Positions 17,691 through 27,172 of a stretch of 64,000 nucleotides of DNA are shown here, in pieces. This stretch comes from a bacterium. GTDB lineage: Bacteria; UBP6; UBA1177. The notes beneath the pieces were generated by a model. It ran no database searches and was not told where the DNA came from. It worked only from the letters and a program-made list of their open reading frames with translations. Every line of letters begins with the position of its first letter. The stretch's first letter is position 1. The DNA is taken from contig JAEESW010000002.1 in the NCBI GenBank assembly GCA_016290135.1, positions 122,584-186,583 of the forward strand, in the 5' to 3' direction. Made by a program: the position numbers and the translations under genes.

Positions 17691-18563
17691 TTAGATGAAC
17701 AGCATCGAACAGCCGTCAGATTTGCTTTCTTCTTTATTTTCAGAATCTGCTTTGGAGCCCGAAGACTCTTCTACATCAAAATCTTCACCAGGAACCGCAC
17801 TGTCGTCAGCAGGTGCTTCAGTATTTGCAGCATCTACACCGCCTTCGCCTTCATCATAGCTATCATAACCGAGCTGGACATCACAAGTTGCACAGCATTC
17901 TTTGTTTTCACAAGTACCTGCAGCCTCGACACATTCGAATTTAGTCTTATAGATGTTTCTCATGCCCTCATTCTGACAGCAGTTTGCGATATCTTCTGCC
18001 AATCCGCTTTCTTTTACAGAAGTTTCAAGAAGAACTGCTATATCTTCATCTGTAAGCGGTTCAAAGCAGGTGTCTGCAAAAGTCTGTTCGTAGGAAATGC
18101 AATCATTGAGAATTTTCTCATCTGTACAGACTAGTTTAGGAGTCGCCGCCTGTGTTCCGCATTCTGTTTCCAAAACAGCAGTGCAGCCTTCAGCGCTGAA
18201 ATTCTCACTTTCTCCGCTTTTCCTTCCTGCAACGCCGAAACATGCACATCTGTAATGTCCATCCGGGTCAAGATCGCAGTATCCCGCTTCGTTTTCACAT
18301 TTGAAACCGGCATCTTTGCAGACTTTTTCAAGTTCGGCTTCGCATTCTTCGGCTGTCGGCAGTGTCTTTGAGTCATCAATTGTTGAATCTTCCCCGACAC
18401 TCATACCGTCACGGCATGTGCATTCCTGAGAATAAAATTCATCAGTAATCTCATAAGTGCATTTTCCTTTTTCTGACTCGCAGTCGACAGTTTCTGCAAA
18501 AAGTGTTGTCGCAACAGCAAGCATTGCAATAAAAATCATCGATTTTTTCATGATAGCCTCCAA
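17691..18563 (-). CDS. Secreted cysteine-rich acidic protein ending in a ...KSDGCSMLFI tail
   Basis: Signal peptide, more than 20 Cys, acidic C-terminal linker, then Gly-Cys plus five hydrophobic residues and stop. Confidence 0.5.
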   Translation of the reverse strand: MEAIMKKSMIFIAMLAVATTLFAETVDCESEKGKCTYEITDEFYSQECTCRDGMSVGEDSTIDDSKTLPTAEECEAELEKVCKDAGFKCENEAGYCDLDPDGHYRCACFGVAGRKSGESENFSAEGCTAVLETECGTQAATPKLVCTDEKILNDCISYEQTFADTCFEPLTDEDIAVLLETSVKESGLAEDIANCCQNEGMRNIYKTKFECVEAAGTCENKECCATCDVQLGYDSYDEGEGGVDAANTEAPADDSAVPGEDFDVEESSGSKADSENKEESKSDGCSMLFI

Positions 18564-18629
18564 GTAAAAAAAACCAGACTCGTCTTATATTTAGTACCAC
18601 AAAATCCGATTTTTATTGAGAAAAAATCA

Positions 18630-18637
18630 CCCCCCCC
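18630..18637. repeat. Homopolymeric C8 (G8 on the coding strand) tract in the upstream region of the Cys-rich secreted protein gene
   Basis: Read directly, about 67 bp upstream of the 18563 start. Confidence 0.5.
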
Positions 18638-18702
18638 GAAGAAAAGTTTTATAAACAGCGGATTTTATTGACAAATTTTCGCATCTTCAATTAAAACCCG
18701 GC

Positions 18703-19542
18703 TCACACATTATTGAAAGTCTTGCACTTTGTGTTGTTCTTTCTGTATTCGGCATCAGCCGCAAGTATCTCCTCCTCGATTTTGTCGGTGATGCGCTTTG
18801 CCGCGGCCGGAGCCGGCATTCCTTCGTAGTCTGAACTTTTTATCTCGGGAAGAAGGATGAAATCGTAAAAATATTCTTCAACAGGATTGAATGAAAAAAG
18901 CGGATCGTGCTTGCCTAAGCCGTATTTGTCGCTTCCGCCGATAAAGACAGGAAGAACGTCGCATCCTGCGTAAAGGGCGATACGCGCGGCACCTTTCTGA
19001 TAAACGTTTCTTTTGAAGCGCGGAGTGCGCGTTCCTTCAGGAAAAATCAGGACATTGTTGCCGTTGTCAAGATCCTCTTTGCACGCTTTGAAAAGATCGT
19101 CGTAGTTTTCGTCATTCGTAATGTAGATCTGGCTGATTATACCGACATAAGGCGTTTTTGTGAGATTCGCGCGGACGATGCAGTTCGCATTCGGAACAAG
19201 TGCCGTCATGCAGACGAAATCAAGTAGCGACGGATGGTTTGCAACTATCACCTTTCCTTTCATGTTCCGCAACTTCTCCATGTCCGGCACTCTCATCTCG
19301 ACGATGCCGGTTATTTTGAGCATGAAAAGGAAACGCTTGAAAACGTTGGAGACATAACGGCGCGCCTTCACAAAAAAGTCGTTTTTGTCTTTTGAAAAGA
19401 GCCTGATGAAGGGAAAAATGATGAAACCGATCACCATAGAACCGAAAACGATGTAAAGTATCGCAGCGATCTTTCCCAAAGAGCGGTAGCAGTATATAAA
19501 AACATTGTCGGTCTTCGGTAGGTTTGAGGGGATCTTAAACAT
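18703..19542 (-). CDS. 1-acyl-sn-glycerol-3-phosphate acyltransferase family protein (PlsC/LPLAT)
   Basis: N-terminal TM, then NHPSLLD (HX4D) and FPEGTRT motifs. Confidence 0.7.
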   Translation of the reverse strand: MFKIPSNLPKTDNVFIYCYRSLGKIAAILYIVFGSMVIGFIIFPFIRLFSKDKNDFFVKARRYVSNVFKRFLFMLKITGIVEMRVPDMEKLRNMKGKVIVANHPSLLDFVCMTALVPNANCIVRANLTKTPYVGIISQIYITNDENYDDLFKACKEDLDNGNNVLIFPEGTRTPRFKRNVYQKGAARIALYAGCDVLPVFIGGSDKYGLGKHDPLFSFNPVEEYFYDFILLPEIKSSDYEGMPAPAAAKRITDKIEEEILAADAEYRKNNTKCKTFNNV

Positions 19543-20200
19543 TGCTTTCCCCCGCTTCGAGGAGGCGCCTCAAAAAACCGGCAGGCGATTTTTCCTCAAT
19601 AATATCGGCCAGTTTCACACTGTCACCTCTATTTTCAGAGCTGACAAGCGCGGCAAATGCAAGCGGAATCGAATCAACGCCGTAACATTCAGGAACGAGC
19701 TCATCTGCATAGACTAAAAGCACCTCTTTTTCAGAACCGCTTTTCACAGCTGCAAACACCGTTTTCAAGAGGTAAGAAAAATCACCTTTTGACGGATAGA
19801 CCGCCGAATATCCTCCGGTCAAACCGAAAGCTATCGTTGCAAGGGCGACAGGAGTATTGAAGACAGAAAGCGAAAAACCTGCAGGAAGTATCGTTTTTTC
19901 TTCGATTATCCCCTGATTTATCGAAAACTCGCGTGCGATCTCTCCGCGCAGAGAAACAAAAATCACTTTTGTATCTTTCTCCATGCCGCATCTTTCCAAA
20001 AAACTGTGGATCACATGGACTGTCATCTTCGAGATCTGGCTCAGTCTGCGGCGGAACATCGGATCGGTGTATTCAAGTTTCGGAGAAGCCTTTGATCTTT
20101 CGACCGCTTCTTCACCTTTCAGCCATTTTTCCCATTTTTCGTGATTATCTTCGAGCCCTGGAGCCCACATCACCGGTTTTGAAATGAAAACTTCGCTCAT
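19535..20200 (-). CDS. Hypothetical protein, possibly a ketosynthase N-terminal-like (chain-length-factor-like) domain without the catalytic Cys
   Basis: Weak resemblance of ...NTPVALATIAFGLTGGYSAV... to the KS region around the active-site Cys. Coupled to the flanking acyltransferase and methyltransferase genes. Confidence 0.25.
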   Translation of the reverse strand: MSEVFISKPVMWAPGLEDNHEKWEKWLKGEEAVERSKASPKLEYTDPMFRRRLSQISKMTVHVIHSFLERCGMEKDTKVIFVSLRGEIAREFSINQGIIEEKTILPAGFSLSVFNTPVALATIAFGLTGGYSAVYPSKGDFSYLLKTVFAAVKSGSEKEVLLVYADELVPECYGVDSIPLAFAALVSSENRGDSVKLADIIEEKSPAGFLRRLLEAGESNV

Positions 20201-21315
20201 ATTTTTTTAAAGACAAGCAGTGAATAAGAGTTCGAACCGAGATTGTGGTGCGCGCATTCGAGTCTGAATCCGCCGTCGCAGATAGCGTCGCAAAGCTCTT
20301 TGAAGCGGTACATCTTGCTGTTTCCGTTCGCGATGCAGGTAAAATAGAGCGAAGTCGCCTGGAGCGAATATGCCGCAGCCTGAAAGCGCTGTCTGTCCCA
20401 AAGCGGCTCTAAAACATAGACTTTGGTCTTTTCGTTTGCCGCTTCGTGTATTTTCTTCATTATTTTCGTTATCTGGTGAAGCGAGAAGCAGTCAAGAAAC
20501 TGGCTCATCCAGAAAGCATCGGGATCTTCGGGAAGTTTCGTCGATTCGTGGAGGATGTTGCCTTCGCAGTAGGAGATCCTGTCAGCAAAGCCCTCTTTTT
20601 CCGCATTTTCCGCCGCAACTTTCGTCTGACCGGGAAGATCAGCGATTATCATTCTGACGTTTTTGTCGTATTTGCAGCATGCGATCGACCATTTCGCCGT
20701 GTTTCCGCCGATATCTACTATCGTTTTCGGATCTTCCGCAAAAACTATCGGAAGCGCTTCGGGGAAAGCTATGTCTGAATAGAAGTGGTCGAACTCGAAC
20801 CAGCTCTTTTTCGCCTTTTCGGGGAGCGTTGAGAGAGCCTCGTAGACAGTGACCCACTTGTCACCGAAGACTTTGAGCCCTTCAGGCCTGCCGTTTTTTA
20901 TCGATTCTTCCAAATCGAAGGAACCCTGGAAGCAGATGTCGTTCGTAAAACGGAAGTTGACCCGGGTGAGATCGTCCTCAAGCAGCATCCAGCCGATCTT
21001 GCCGAGTACGAATTTTTCGGTATTTTCATCGGAATCGGCGGAAAGTTTGAGGACATTCATTCCGAGCGCCATTTCGCACAGAACAGAAAGTCCGTATTTT
21101 GAAATTCCCGATCTCTCCGATATTTCAGCCAAAGTAATGCCGCTATCCCCAGAATCTTCAATGATCTTCATTATTCCGAGTTCAAGCAGTGAATTTACGG
21201 CCTGAAACGCAAGAGGGGCGAACGCTATCTTCTGTGCTTCGAATTTCGCATCTACGCCGCGGATATCGTCCTTTTTAAAATTGTCGTAAGAAAAATAAGC
21301 CTTATCCATCAACAA
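20197..21315 (-). CDS. Class I SAM-dependent O-methyltransferase (dimerisation + Methyltransf_2 type)
   Basis: Glycine-rich SAM motif VDIGGNTAKW and acidic residue ADLP in the MT fold. N-terminal helical dimerisation-like region. Confidence 0.6.
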   Translation of the reverse strand: MLMDKAYFSYDNFKKDDIRGVDAKFEAQKIAFAPLAFQAVNSLLELGIMKIIEDSGDSGITLAEISERSGISKYGLSVLCEMALGMNVLKLSADSDENTEKFVLGKIGWMLLEDDLTRVNFRFTNDICFQGSFDLEESIKNGRPEGLKVFGDKWVTVYEALSTLPEKAKKSWFEFDHFYSDIAFPEALPIVFAEDPKTIVDIGGNTAKWSIACCKYDKNVRMIIADLPGQTKVAAENAEKEGFADRISYCEGNILHESTKLPEDPDAFWMSQFLDCFSLHQITKIMKKIHEAANEKTKVYVLEPLWDRQRFQAAAYSLQATSLYFTCIANGNSKMYRFKELCDAICDGGFRLECAHHNLGSNSYSLLVFKKI

Positions 21316-21321
21316 CCTCCG

Positions 21322-24300
21322 TTAAACCTGTCTTTTTCCCATGTTCAGCATATCGGCAACTTTTCCGTTTATGTCAATGTCGCCGTCGTAAAACTGTGAA
21401 ACAACAGGAATGTTATATGTGTTTTTGACTTCCTGGAAAACCGAATCGGTTATCGTTCCGTGCATGCAGCCGAACGGAGCGACGTTCACGATCATCGAAG
21501 CTCCCTGTTTCACGAACTCTACCGCGCGTCCTACGGTGAGGATCGCCTCTCCGACAAATTCGGGGTGAAGATACTTCATTCCTTCGTCGAGAGTAGATTT
21601 TATCGAGGGTTCGCGCCTGTCGTGCAGGATCTTGTCCGCCGCTTTGTAGTATGCTTCGTCGAAATGCGAGACGTAGAGGTTCTTGATAAGCGATTCGCCT
21701 CTTCCGAAAAGGGAGAACGCTTTCTGTTTCGCCATGAAATCCTGCACCCAGACAGTGTAGATGAGCCACTCGAAAAGCGGTGCGAGCCAGGCTTCTCCGC
21801 CGTTTTCCTCGATGACACGGATCAAATCTCCGTTCGCGCAGGCATTGCTTCTGACGTATATTTCTCCGACGATGCCTACAAGCGGCTTCTTCTCGTTGTA
21901 GCGCGGGATCCTGTCAAGCTCTGAAGCAAGTTCCTCAACGACCGGAAGCGGACTTTTTTTCTGCTCGAAAACTTTTTCAAGAGTCTTCATCGCCTTTTCC
22001 AGAAACGCATCGACATCGCCTTTCGTCTTTTCGTAAGGCCTCGTACGCGTCGTCATTTTCATGAGGATGTCGCTCGTCATCACGGAATGCATCAGGTATC
22101 TTCTGAGCTGTTCCTCGACTCCCTGGTAGGAATTTATGCTTGAAGGAGCCAGAATATCGATGTTGTCAAGCCCCAGATGCTCAAACGCGATCCGCTCGAG
22201 CATATTGTACTGCCCGAGCCTGCACGGTCCTTCCGAAGAAGGCATGAACAGTGTGTGCTGCTTCCCTGGCTCCTTTTTGACCTGATTCAGGAAAGAGCCC
22301 AGAGTGAGTATCATCGGCAGGCATTCCTGACCTCTGACGTACTTTTTCCCTGTGACAAGATCGTGCCTGGTTTCAAGCGGAACAGCCTCAGCCTCATAGC
22401 CGAAACCTCTGAATGCCGCTGCGAAAAGAGGCGAACCTATGTGCATAGGAGGGATCCAGATCTTTCCCGGCTTGACGCTTTTGCCCGCAAGATAGACGTC
22501 AGGAAGCGGATGTTCCACAGGAACCGGCCTGTTTTTCATGTATCCTTTCACGACGTCGATAAAAGCCTCGATCCTCGTGAGGTATCCGCCGTCACTGTCA
22601 TGCTCGTCAAGTTCCAGGATGAGCATGGGACGCCCTTTCATTTCGTTTTCGGCGAACGAAAGAATAAAGCTGTCGGGGCCGCACGAAAAGTTTGTGAGGT
22701 ATATCGGAAAGACGTTTTCCTCTTTTTTCGCGCGTTTAAGTGCCGCGATTATCTTCTGCCCGTAATTCCAGAAGAGATTCCAGTAATTTGTATCGGCAAG
22801 TCCTCCGACATTTATGTGCATCATGTCGATCGGAATGACGTTGAACCCCATTCCTGCAATGGTTTCCGGAATGCCTAAGTTCATCCCTTTGTCGTAAAGG
22901 TTGTAAGGGCGTCCTACAAGCAGGAACACCGGCTTTTTCTCTTTCTGAGCGTTTTTAAGGAATGCCTCTCCCTCTTCGATAAGTCTCGCAGTCTCGCTTT
23001 TATAATGATCCCGCGCTTCCTTCCACGCCTTTCTCACCTGTCTTTCCTTGAGAGTCGGGAAGAAGGGCTCGAGAGCTTTGAAGATCATGGTCCCGTTTTT
23101 GTCGTCCGACATTCTGAAATCGATCACCGGATCTATGATCTTCGACTTCGTATCCATCCCGTTCTTTTCCATGACGGTCGAAATTATCGACGGGCCGCTC
23201 TGGACATAAGGACAGAAGAAACTGATCGCCGTTTTTACATTGTCACCTGCCGATATCAGCGTCGGAAAGAAAACGGGCAGCCCCTTATTTGTCAGTTCAA
23301 GTGCGTGTCCGATCGAAGTTTTTACCGGGAAGCAGAAATCGGATGCCGAGTATTTTGACGAAAGCCCTTTGATTTCATGTGTTGTCTGAGTTGCCGAGAC
23401 GACAGTCTCGATGTTTAAAAGCGAGAACATCTTCTTCCAGAGCGGAAGAAAAGTCCAAGTAGAAACTGCAAGCGGAAGCCCTACCTTTCCGATGCTCTCT
23501 TTTTCCGTGAGAAAGTTTTTGAAAAACGATGAATTTCTATGCTTTATAAGCTCGAATTCCTTTATTTCCTTGCGGACAGGCGTTTCCGGATCCCTTCCGC
23601 AGCCGTAACCCCACGACGACTCCCTACCGCCTTTTTCGGAGATGTGGTTGATCCGGCAGAAGTTGCTGCAGAGTTTGCATGTCTCTGTCCTCGATGTCAC
23701 TTCGATAGTCGCCGATTCAGCACCTCTGAACGATGATTTTTTCGCTTCGCCGTCTGCTTTGACTTCTTCAAAAGCGGCCAGAGCCGCACCGATGCACCCC
23801 ATGACATGGCAGAAAGGAGATACCACCATCTCGACTCCGAGAAGATTCTCGAATGCCGCGACAAGCCCTTTGTTTCTCGCCGTGGCACCCTGGAAGAATA
23901 TTTTGTCCTTACTGATCCTGCGGTTCCCGACGACTCTGTTGAGATAGTTCTTAACAACGGAATAGTGCACTGCGGCCAAAACTTCGTTCTTGTCGAAACC
24001 CTGCTGCAGAAGAGAGCGGATATCCTGCTCCATAAATACTGTGCAGCGGTCGCTCGTTACGGGCGGTGCCACATGTTCCGTAAGTTTTCCCGCAAGATTT
24101 ATCGGAATACCGAGTTTTCTCGCCTGCTCCTCGACAAAAGATCCTGTTCCCGCCGCGCAGACATAGTTCATGTTGACGTCGGTCACGAAACCGTGTGAAA
24201 GCCTGATGAACTTTGCATCCTGACCGCCTATTTCAAAGATCGTCTCGACTTCGGGAAATATCGAAGCAGTCCCTTTTGCATGGGCTGTGATCTCGTTTAT

Positions 24301-25452
24301 TATCGCGTCGGCGCCGAAGATTATCCCTGAAAGTTTTCTCCCTGAACCCGTCGTTCCGAAGGCCCGGATCGTTGTTTTTGCAGGATCTATGAGCGAATAA
24401 AGCGCTTTGAAGAGCTTTTTCGCCGCGTTTACAGGGTCTCCGCCGGTCTTTCTGTAAATATCGAGGACCGGCTCTCCTTTGAGGTCGAGCAGAGCTATCT
24501 TCGTGCTCGTCGAACCGATATCCATACCAAGTATCGCTTCCGGAATTTCGCGGTGATCTGCCTTGTGGATCCTTATTTCGTTGCCCGAGTCATCGAGATC
24601 GGGTTCGACAAAGACAGGATATTTGCTCTTTTTGAGCGTGAGCGGCGGCATTTTTTCGAAAGCTGCCGAGTGGGAGAATCTGTCAGGATCGATCTCCGAA
24701 ATTCTGACGCACGCTGTTTGAGCGGCACCTTTAGCGATAAAGGCTTCACTGAACTCAGGAACGATCCACTCTGAGGCGGGGAAAAGCGTCCTGAACCAGC
24801 GGACGACTTCTTTGTTGAGGCTGACTCCGCCGATGAGAAGGAAGTTTCCTTTGATCTCAAGCCCTTTGAAAAGGGTATTCGTCGCCGAAACGACAAGGGC
24901 GCGGCACATCCCGGCCCACATTTCGTCTTTCGTGCGCCCTTCCTGCTGGTGATGGATGAGATCGCTTTTCGCAAAAACGGTGCATCGGCTCGCTATCGAC
25001 GGCGGTGCGGCAATATCCAAAGCCGGCATGTTCTCAAGGTCGATCGAAAGCCTTTCCGCCTGCTCCTCAAGGAAAAGTCCCGTTCCCGAAGCACAGAGCG
25101 AATTCGAGGAAATATCTGAAATCTTTCCCGATCTTATCGTGTATTTTTTAAGCGATGACGCACCGATACTTACTATCGCAAAATCTTTCCCGTCGAAAAA
25201 ATTTTCCGTCCCAAGGTTCGCATTTACAGCTTCAGCCTCTGAAATACAGAGATCTTTGCGGATGTGAGCAAATTCCGCGACCGTTTTTCCGGTAAAGCGG
25301 ACCAAAGTCTCTCCGTCGGTATTCGCGAAAATTTTCCTCAGCGATTCCGCTATTTTCCCGCTGTGTCTTGAACGGAAAACGACCCTGTTTTCATTCTGTG
25401 AAAAAACGGTTATGAATGTCGAACCGATATCGATCCCTAAACGCTCCTGCAT
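21322..25452 (-). CDS. Fused BCR/HAD-family enzyme: two BadF/BadG/BcrA/BcrD (HgdC-like) activase ATPase domains + Cys cluster + 2-hydroxyacyl-CoA-dehydratase-like domains (candidate PlsA/PlsR-type plasmalogen synthase)
   Basis: Two ATPase starts, GIDIGSTFI and ILGMDIGSTSTK. Cys cluster CKLCSNFC...CGRD. Large C-terminal dehydratase-component-like region. Start set at MQERLGIDIG, preceded by GGAGG. Confidence 0.65.
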   Translation of the reverse strand: MQERLGIDIGSTFITVFSQNENRVVFRSRHSGKIAESLRKIFANTDGETLVRFTGKTVAEFAHIRKDLCISEAEAVNANLGTENFFDGKDFAIVSIGASSLKKYTIRSGKISDISSNSLCASGTGLFLEEQAERLSIDLENMPALDIAAPPSIASRCTVFAKSDLIHHQQEGRTKDEMWAGMCRALVVSATNTLFKGLEIKGNFLLIGGVSLNKEVVRWFRTLFPASEWIVPEFSEAFIAKGAAQTACVRISEIDPDRFSHSAAFEKMPPLTLKKSKYPVFVEPDLDDSGNEIRIHKADHREIPEAILGMDIGSTSTKIALLDLKGEPVLDIYRKTGGDPVNAAKKLFKALYSLIDPAKTTIRAFGTTGSGRKLSGIIFGADAIINEITAHAKGTASIFPEVETIFEIGGQDAKFIRLSHGFVTDVNMNYVCAAGTGSFVEEQARKLGIPINLAGKLTEHVAPPVTSDRCTVFMEQDIRSLLQQGFDKNEVLAAVHYSVVKNYLNRVVGNRRISKDKIFFQGATARNKGLVAAFENLLGVEMVVSPFCHVMGCIGAALAAFEEVKADGEAKKSSFRGAESATIEVTSRTETCKLCSNFCRINHISEKGGRESSWGYGCGRDPETPVRKEIKEFELIKHRNSSFFKNFLTEKESIGKVGLPLAVSTWTFLPLWKKMFSLLNIETVVSATQTTHEIKGLSSKYSASDFCFPVKTSIGHALELTNKGLPVFFPTLISAGDNVKTAISFFCPYVQSGPSIISTVMEKNGMDTKSKIIDPVIDFRMSDDKNGTMIFKALEPFFPTLKERQVRKAWKEARDHYKSETARLIEEGEAFLKNAQKEKKPVFLLVGRPYNLYDKGMNLGIPETIAGMGFNVIPIDMMHINVGGLADTNYWNLFWNYGQKIIAALKRAKKEENVFPIYLTNFSCGPDSFILSFAENEMKGRPMLILELDEHDSDGGYLTRIEAFIDVVKGYMKNRPVPVEHPLPDVYLAGKSVKPGKIWIPPMHIGSPLFAAAFRGFGYEAEAVPLETRHDLVTGKKYVRGQECLPMILTLGSFLNQVKKEPGKQHTLFMPSSEGPCRLGQYNMLERIAFEHLGLDNIDILAPSSINSYQGVEEQLRRYLMHSVMTSDILMKMTTRTRPYEKTKGDVDAFLEKAMKTLEKVFEQKKSPLPVVEELASELDRIPRYNEKKPLVGIVGEIYVRSNACANGDLIRVIEENGGEAWLAPLFEWLIYTVWVQDFMAKQKAFSLFGRGESLIKNLYVSHFDEAYYKAADKILHDRREPSIKSTLDEGMKYLHPEFVGEAILTVGRAVEFVKQGASMIVNVAPFGCMHGTITDSVFQEVKNTYNIPVVSQFYDGDIDINGKVADMLNMGKRQV

Positions 25453-25529
25453 TTCTCCTCCAAGTGCAAAAAACAAATTCAGAGGGTTATATTTTTAAAA
25501 AATATTATTTCAAGTGTAAAAAAGAAAAC

Positions 25530-26765
25530 TCAGAGGATCTGTTTCCCTTTTACGAAAACTTTTTCGCAGTGGTTGTGCGCGAAGTGGTATATCGGATATG
25601 CGACGCTCGGCGAATCCATGATGACTAAATCTGCGTCCTTGCCTGCTTCGATGGAGCCTTTGGTTTTGTCTCTTCTGAGCGATTTTGCACCGTTTATGGT
25701 TATTCCTTTGAGCGATTCCTCAACGCTGAGTTTTAGCTGCGTAGCCCCCAGACTTGCCGCGAGCGGAAGGAATCCGCACATGCAGCTTCCCGGGTTCATG
25801 TCGGTCGCCAGAGCTACCGTTACGCCGTTTTCTGCCATTTTGCGGGCAGGTGCGAAGGGAAGGCGCGAGAATACCGAAGTTATCGGCAGAACGCCCGCGA
25901 CGACGCCGTTTTCGGCAAGTTTTCTGATCCCTTCGTCGCTTATTGCCTCGAGATGGTCAACGGAAGCCGCGCCCATTTCAGCCGCAAGTTCGGTTCCGCC
26001 TAAAGAGTGGAATTCGTCCGCGTGGAGTTTGAGTCCGAAACCGAGTTCTTTCGCTCTCACCATCAGTTTTTCGGTCTCTTTGAGCGAGAAGTAGCCTTCT
26101 TCACAGAAAACATCGGCGAATTCGGCAAGATTTCGCGCTTTTATCTCAGGCAGCATCTCGTTGTTTATGAGATTTATGTAGCCTTCGTGGTCGTTTTTGA
26201 ATTCGGGCGGATATGCGTGAGCCCCGAGAAACGTGGAAACTATCTCGATCGGGAAACGTTTTTTGAGTTCCGCTATCGCCGTGAGAAGTTTGAGCTCGCT
26301 TTCGGTGTCGAGGCCGTAGCCTGATTTGATCTCGACAGTCGTGACGCCGTAGGAAACGAGCTGGGACAAGCGTTTCGAAGCCTGCTCGACGATCTCTTCC
26401 AGAGTCGCTTTTTTCGTTTTGACAGTGCTGTTTATGATACCACCGCCGGCTGCCGCGATCTCTTCGTAAGTCGCGCCTCTCGATTTCATCGCAAATTCGT
26501 CTTCTCTCGTCGCCGCAAAAACGAGATGGGTGTGGCTGTCTACAAGACCCGGGAAGACCGCTTTGTTTCCGGCATCGGCAACGACATCTTTGAATTTTGT
26601 TTCGAAACCGGGTTCCGTTTTTCTGAAATCTTCCTCTTTTCCGACAAAAGCAATCCTGCCGTTTTCGTCAGCCGCGATCAAAAGATCCCCGCCTTTTAAG
26701 ACCGGAGACAAATTTTCAGCGGTAAAGATTTCGGAAATGTTTTGGAGTATAAGAGAGTATTTCAA
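25530..26765 (-). CDS. hutI: Imidazolonepropionase (amidohydrolase superfamily)
   Basis: About 410 aa. Metal-binding motif VDSHTHLVF and amidohydrolase motifs in the HutI-typical order. Confidence 0.6.
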   Translation of the reverse strand: MKYSLILQNISEIFTAENLSPVLKGGDLLIAADENGRIAFVGKEEDFRKTEPGFETKFKDVVADAGNKAVFPGLVDSHTHLVFAATREDEFAMKSRGATYEEIAAAGGGIINSTVKTKKATLEEIVEQASKRLSQLVSYGVTTVEIKSGYGLDTESELKLLTAIAELKKRFPIEIVSTFLGAHAYPPEFKNDHEGYINLINNEMLPEIKARNLAEFADVFCEEGYFSLKETEKLMVRAKELGFGLKLHADEFHSLGGTELAAEMGAASVDHLEAISDEGIRKLAENGVVAGVLPITSVFSRLPFAPARKMAENGVTVALATDMNPGSCMCGFLPLAASLGATQLKLSVEESLKGITINGAKSLRRDKTKGSIEAGKDADLVIMDSPSVAYPIYHFAHNHCEKVFVKGKQIL

Positions 26766-26768
26766 AAC

Positions 26769-27041
26769 TTATTTTGAGAAAGTTCTGTTGAACTGGCGTG
26801 CAAGTCTTGCGACCTTTCTTGCAGCGGTGTTTTTATGAAGAACGCCTTTGCTTGCAGCTTTCTGGATCTCGCTTATTGCTGTATTAAGTTTTGCGACTGC
26901 ATCTTCTTTGTTGTCAGCTGTCTCAGCTGCGACTTCGAAGTAGTGCGAGAAAGTTTTTACTCTTGATTTGATAGAACGGTTGTAAAGTCTTCTTTTTTCA
27001 CTTGTTCTAATTCTTTTTTTTGCCGATCTGTGGTGAGCCAA
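26769..27041 (-). CDS. rpsT: 30S ribosomal protein S20
   Basis: (M)AHHRSAKKRIRTSEKRR matches the S20 N-terminus. A TTG start at 27041 with GGAGGA upstream fits better than the ATG at 27053. Confidence 0.8.
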   Translation of the reverse strand: MAHHRSAKKRIRTSEKRRLYNRSIKSRVKTFSHYFEVAAETADNKEDAVAKLNTAISEIQKAASKGVLHKNTAARKVARLARQFNRTFSK

Positions 27042-27091
27042 AATATCCTCCATTTATAAAATTAAGTCTCACGGAACCAAAAACCGGCGCA

Positions 27092-27119
27092 TTCTATGCA
27101 AAAAAGTCCGAATGTCAAG
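27092..27119 (-). promoter_or_regulatory. Sigma70-like promoter TTGACA-16-TAGAAT for rpsT
   Basis: Hexamers read on the minus strand upstream of rpsT. Confidence 0.4.
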
Positions 27120-27172
27120 TTTAAGAGCCATTGTGTCAGCTAAAAACTTGAAAGCCCTGCTGCATAAGTCTC

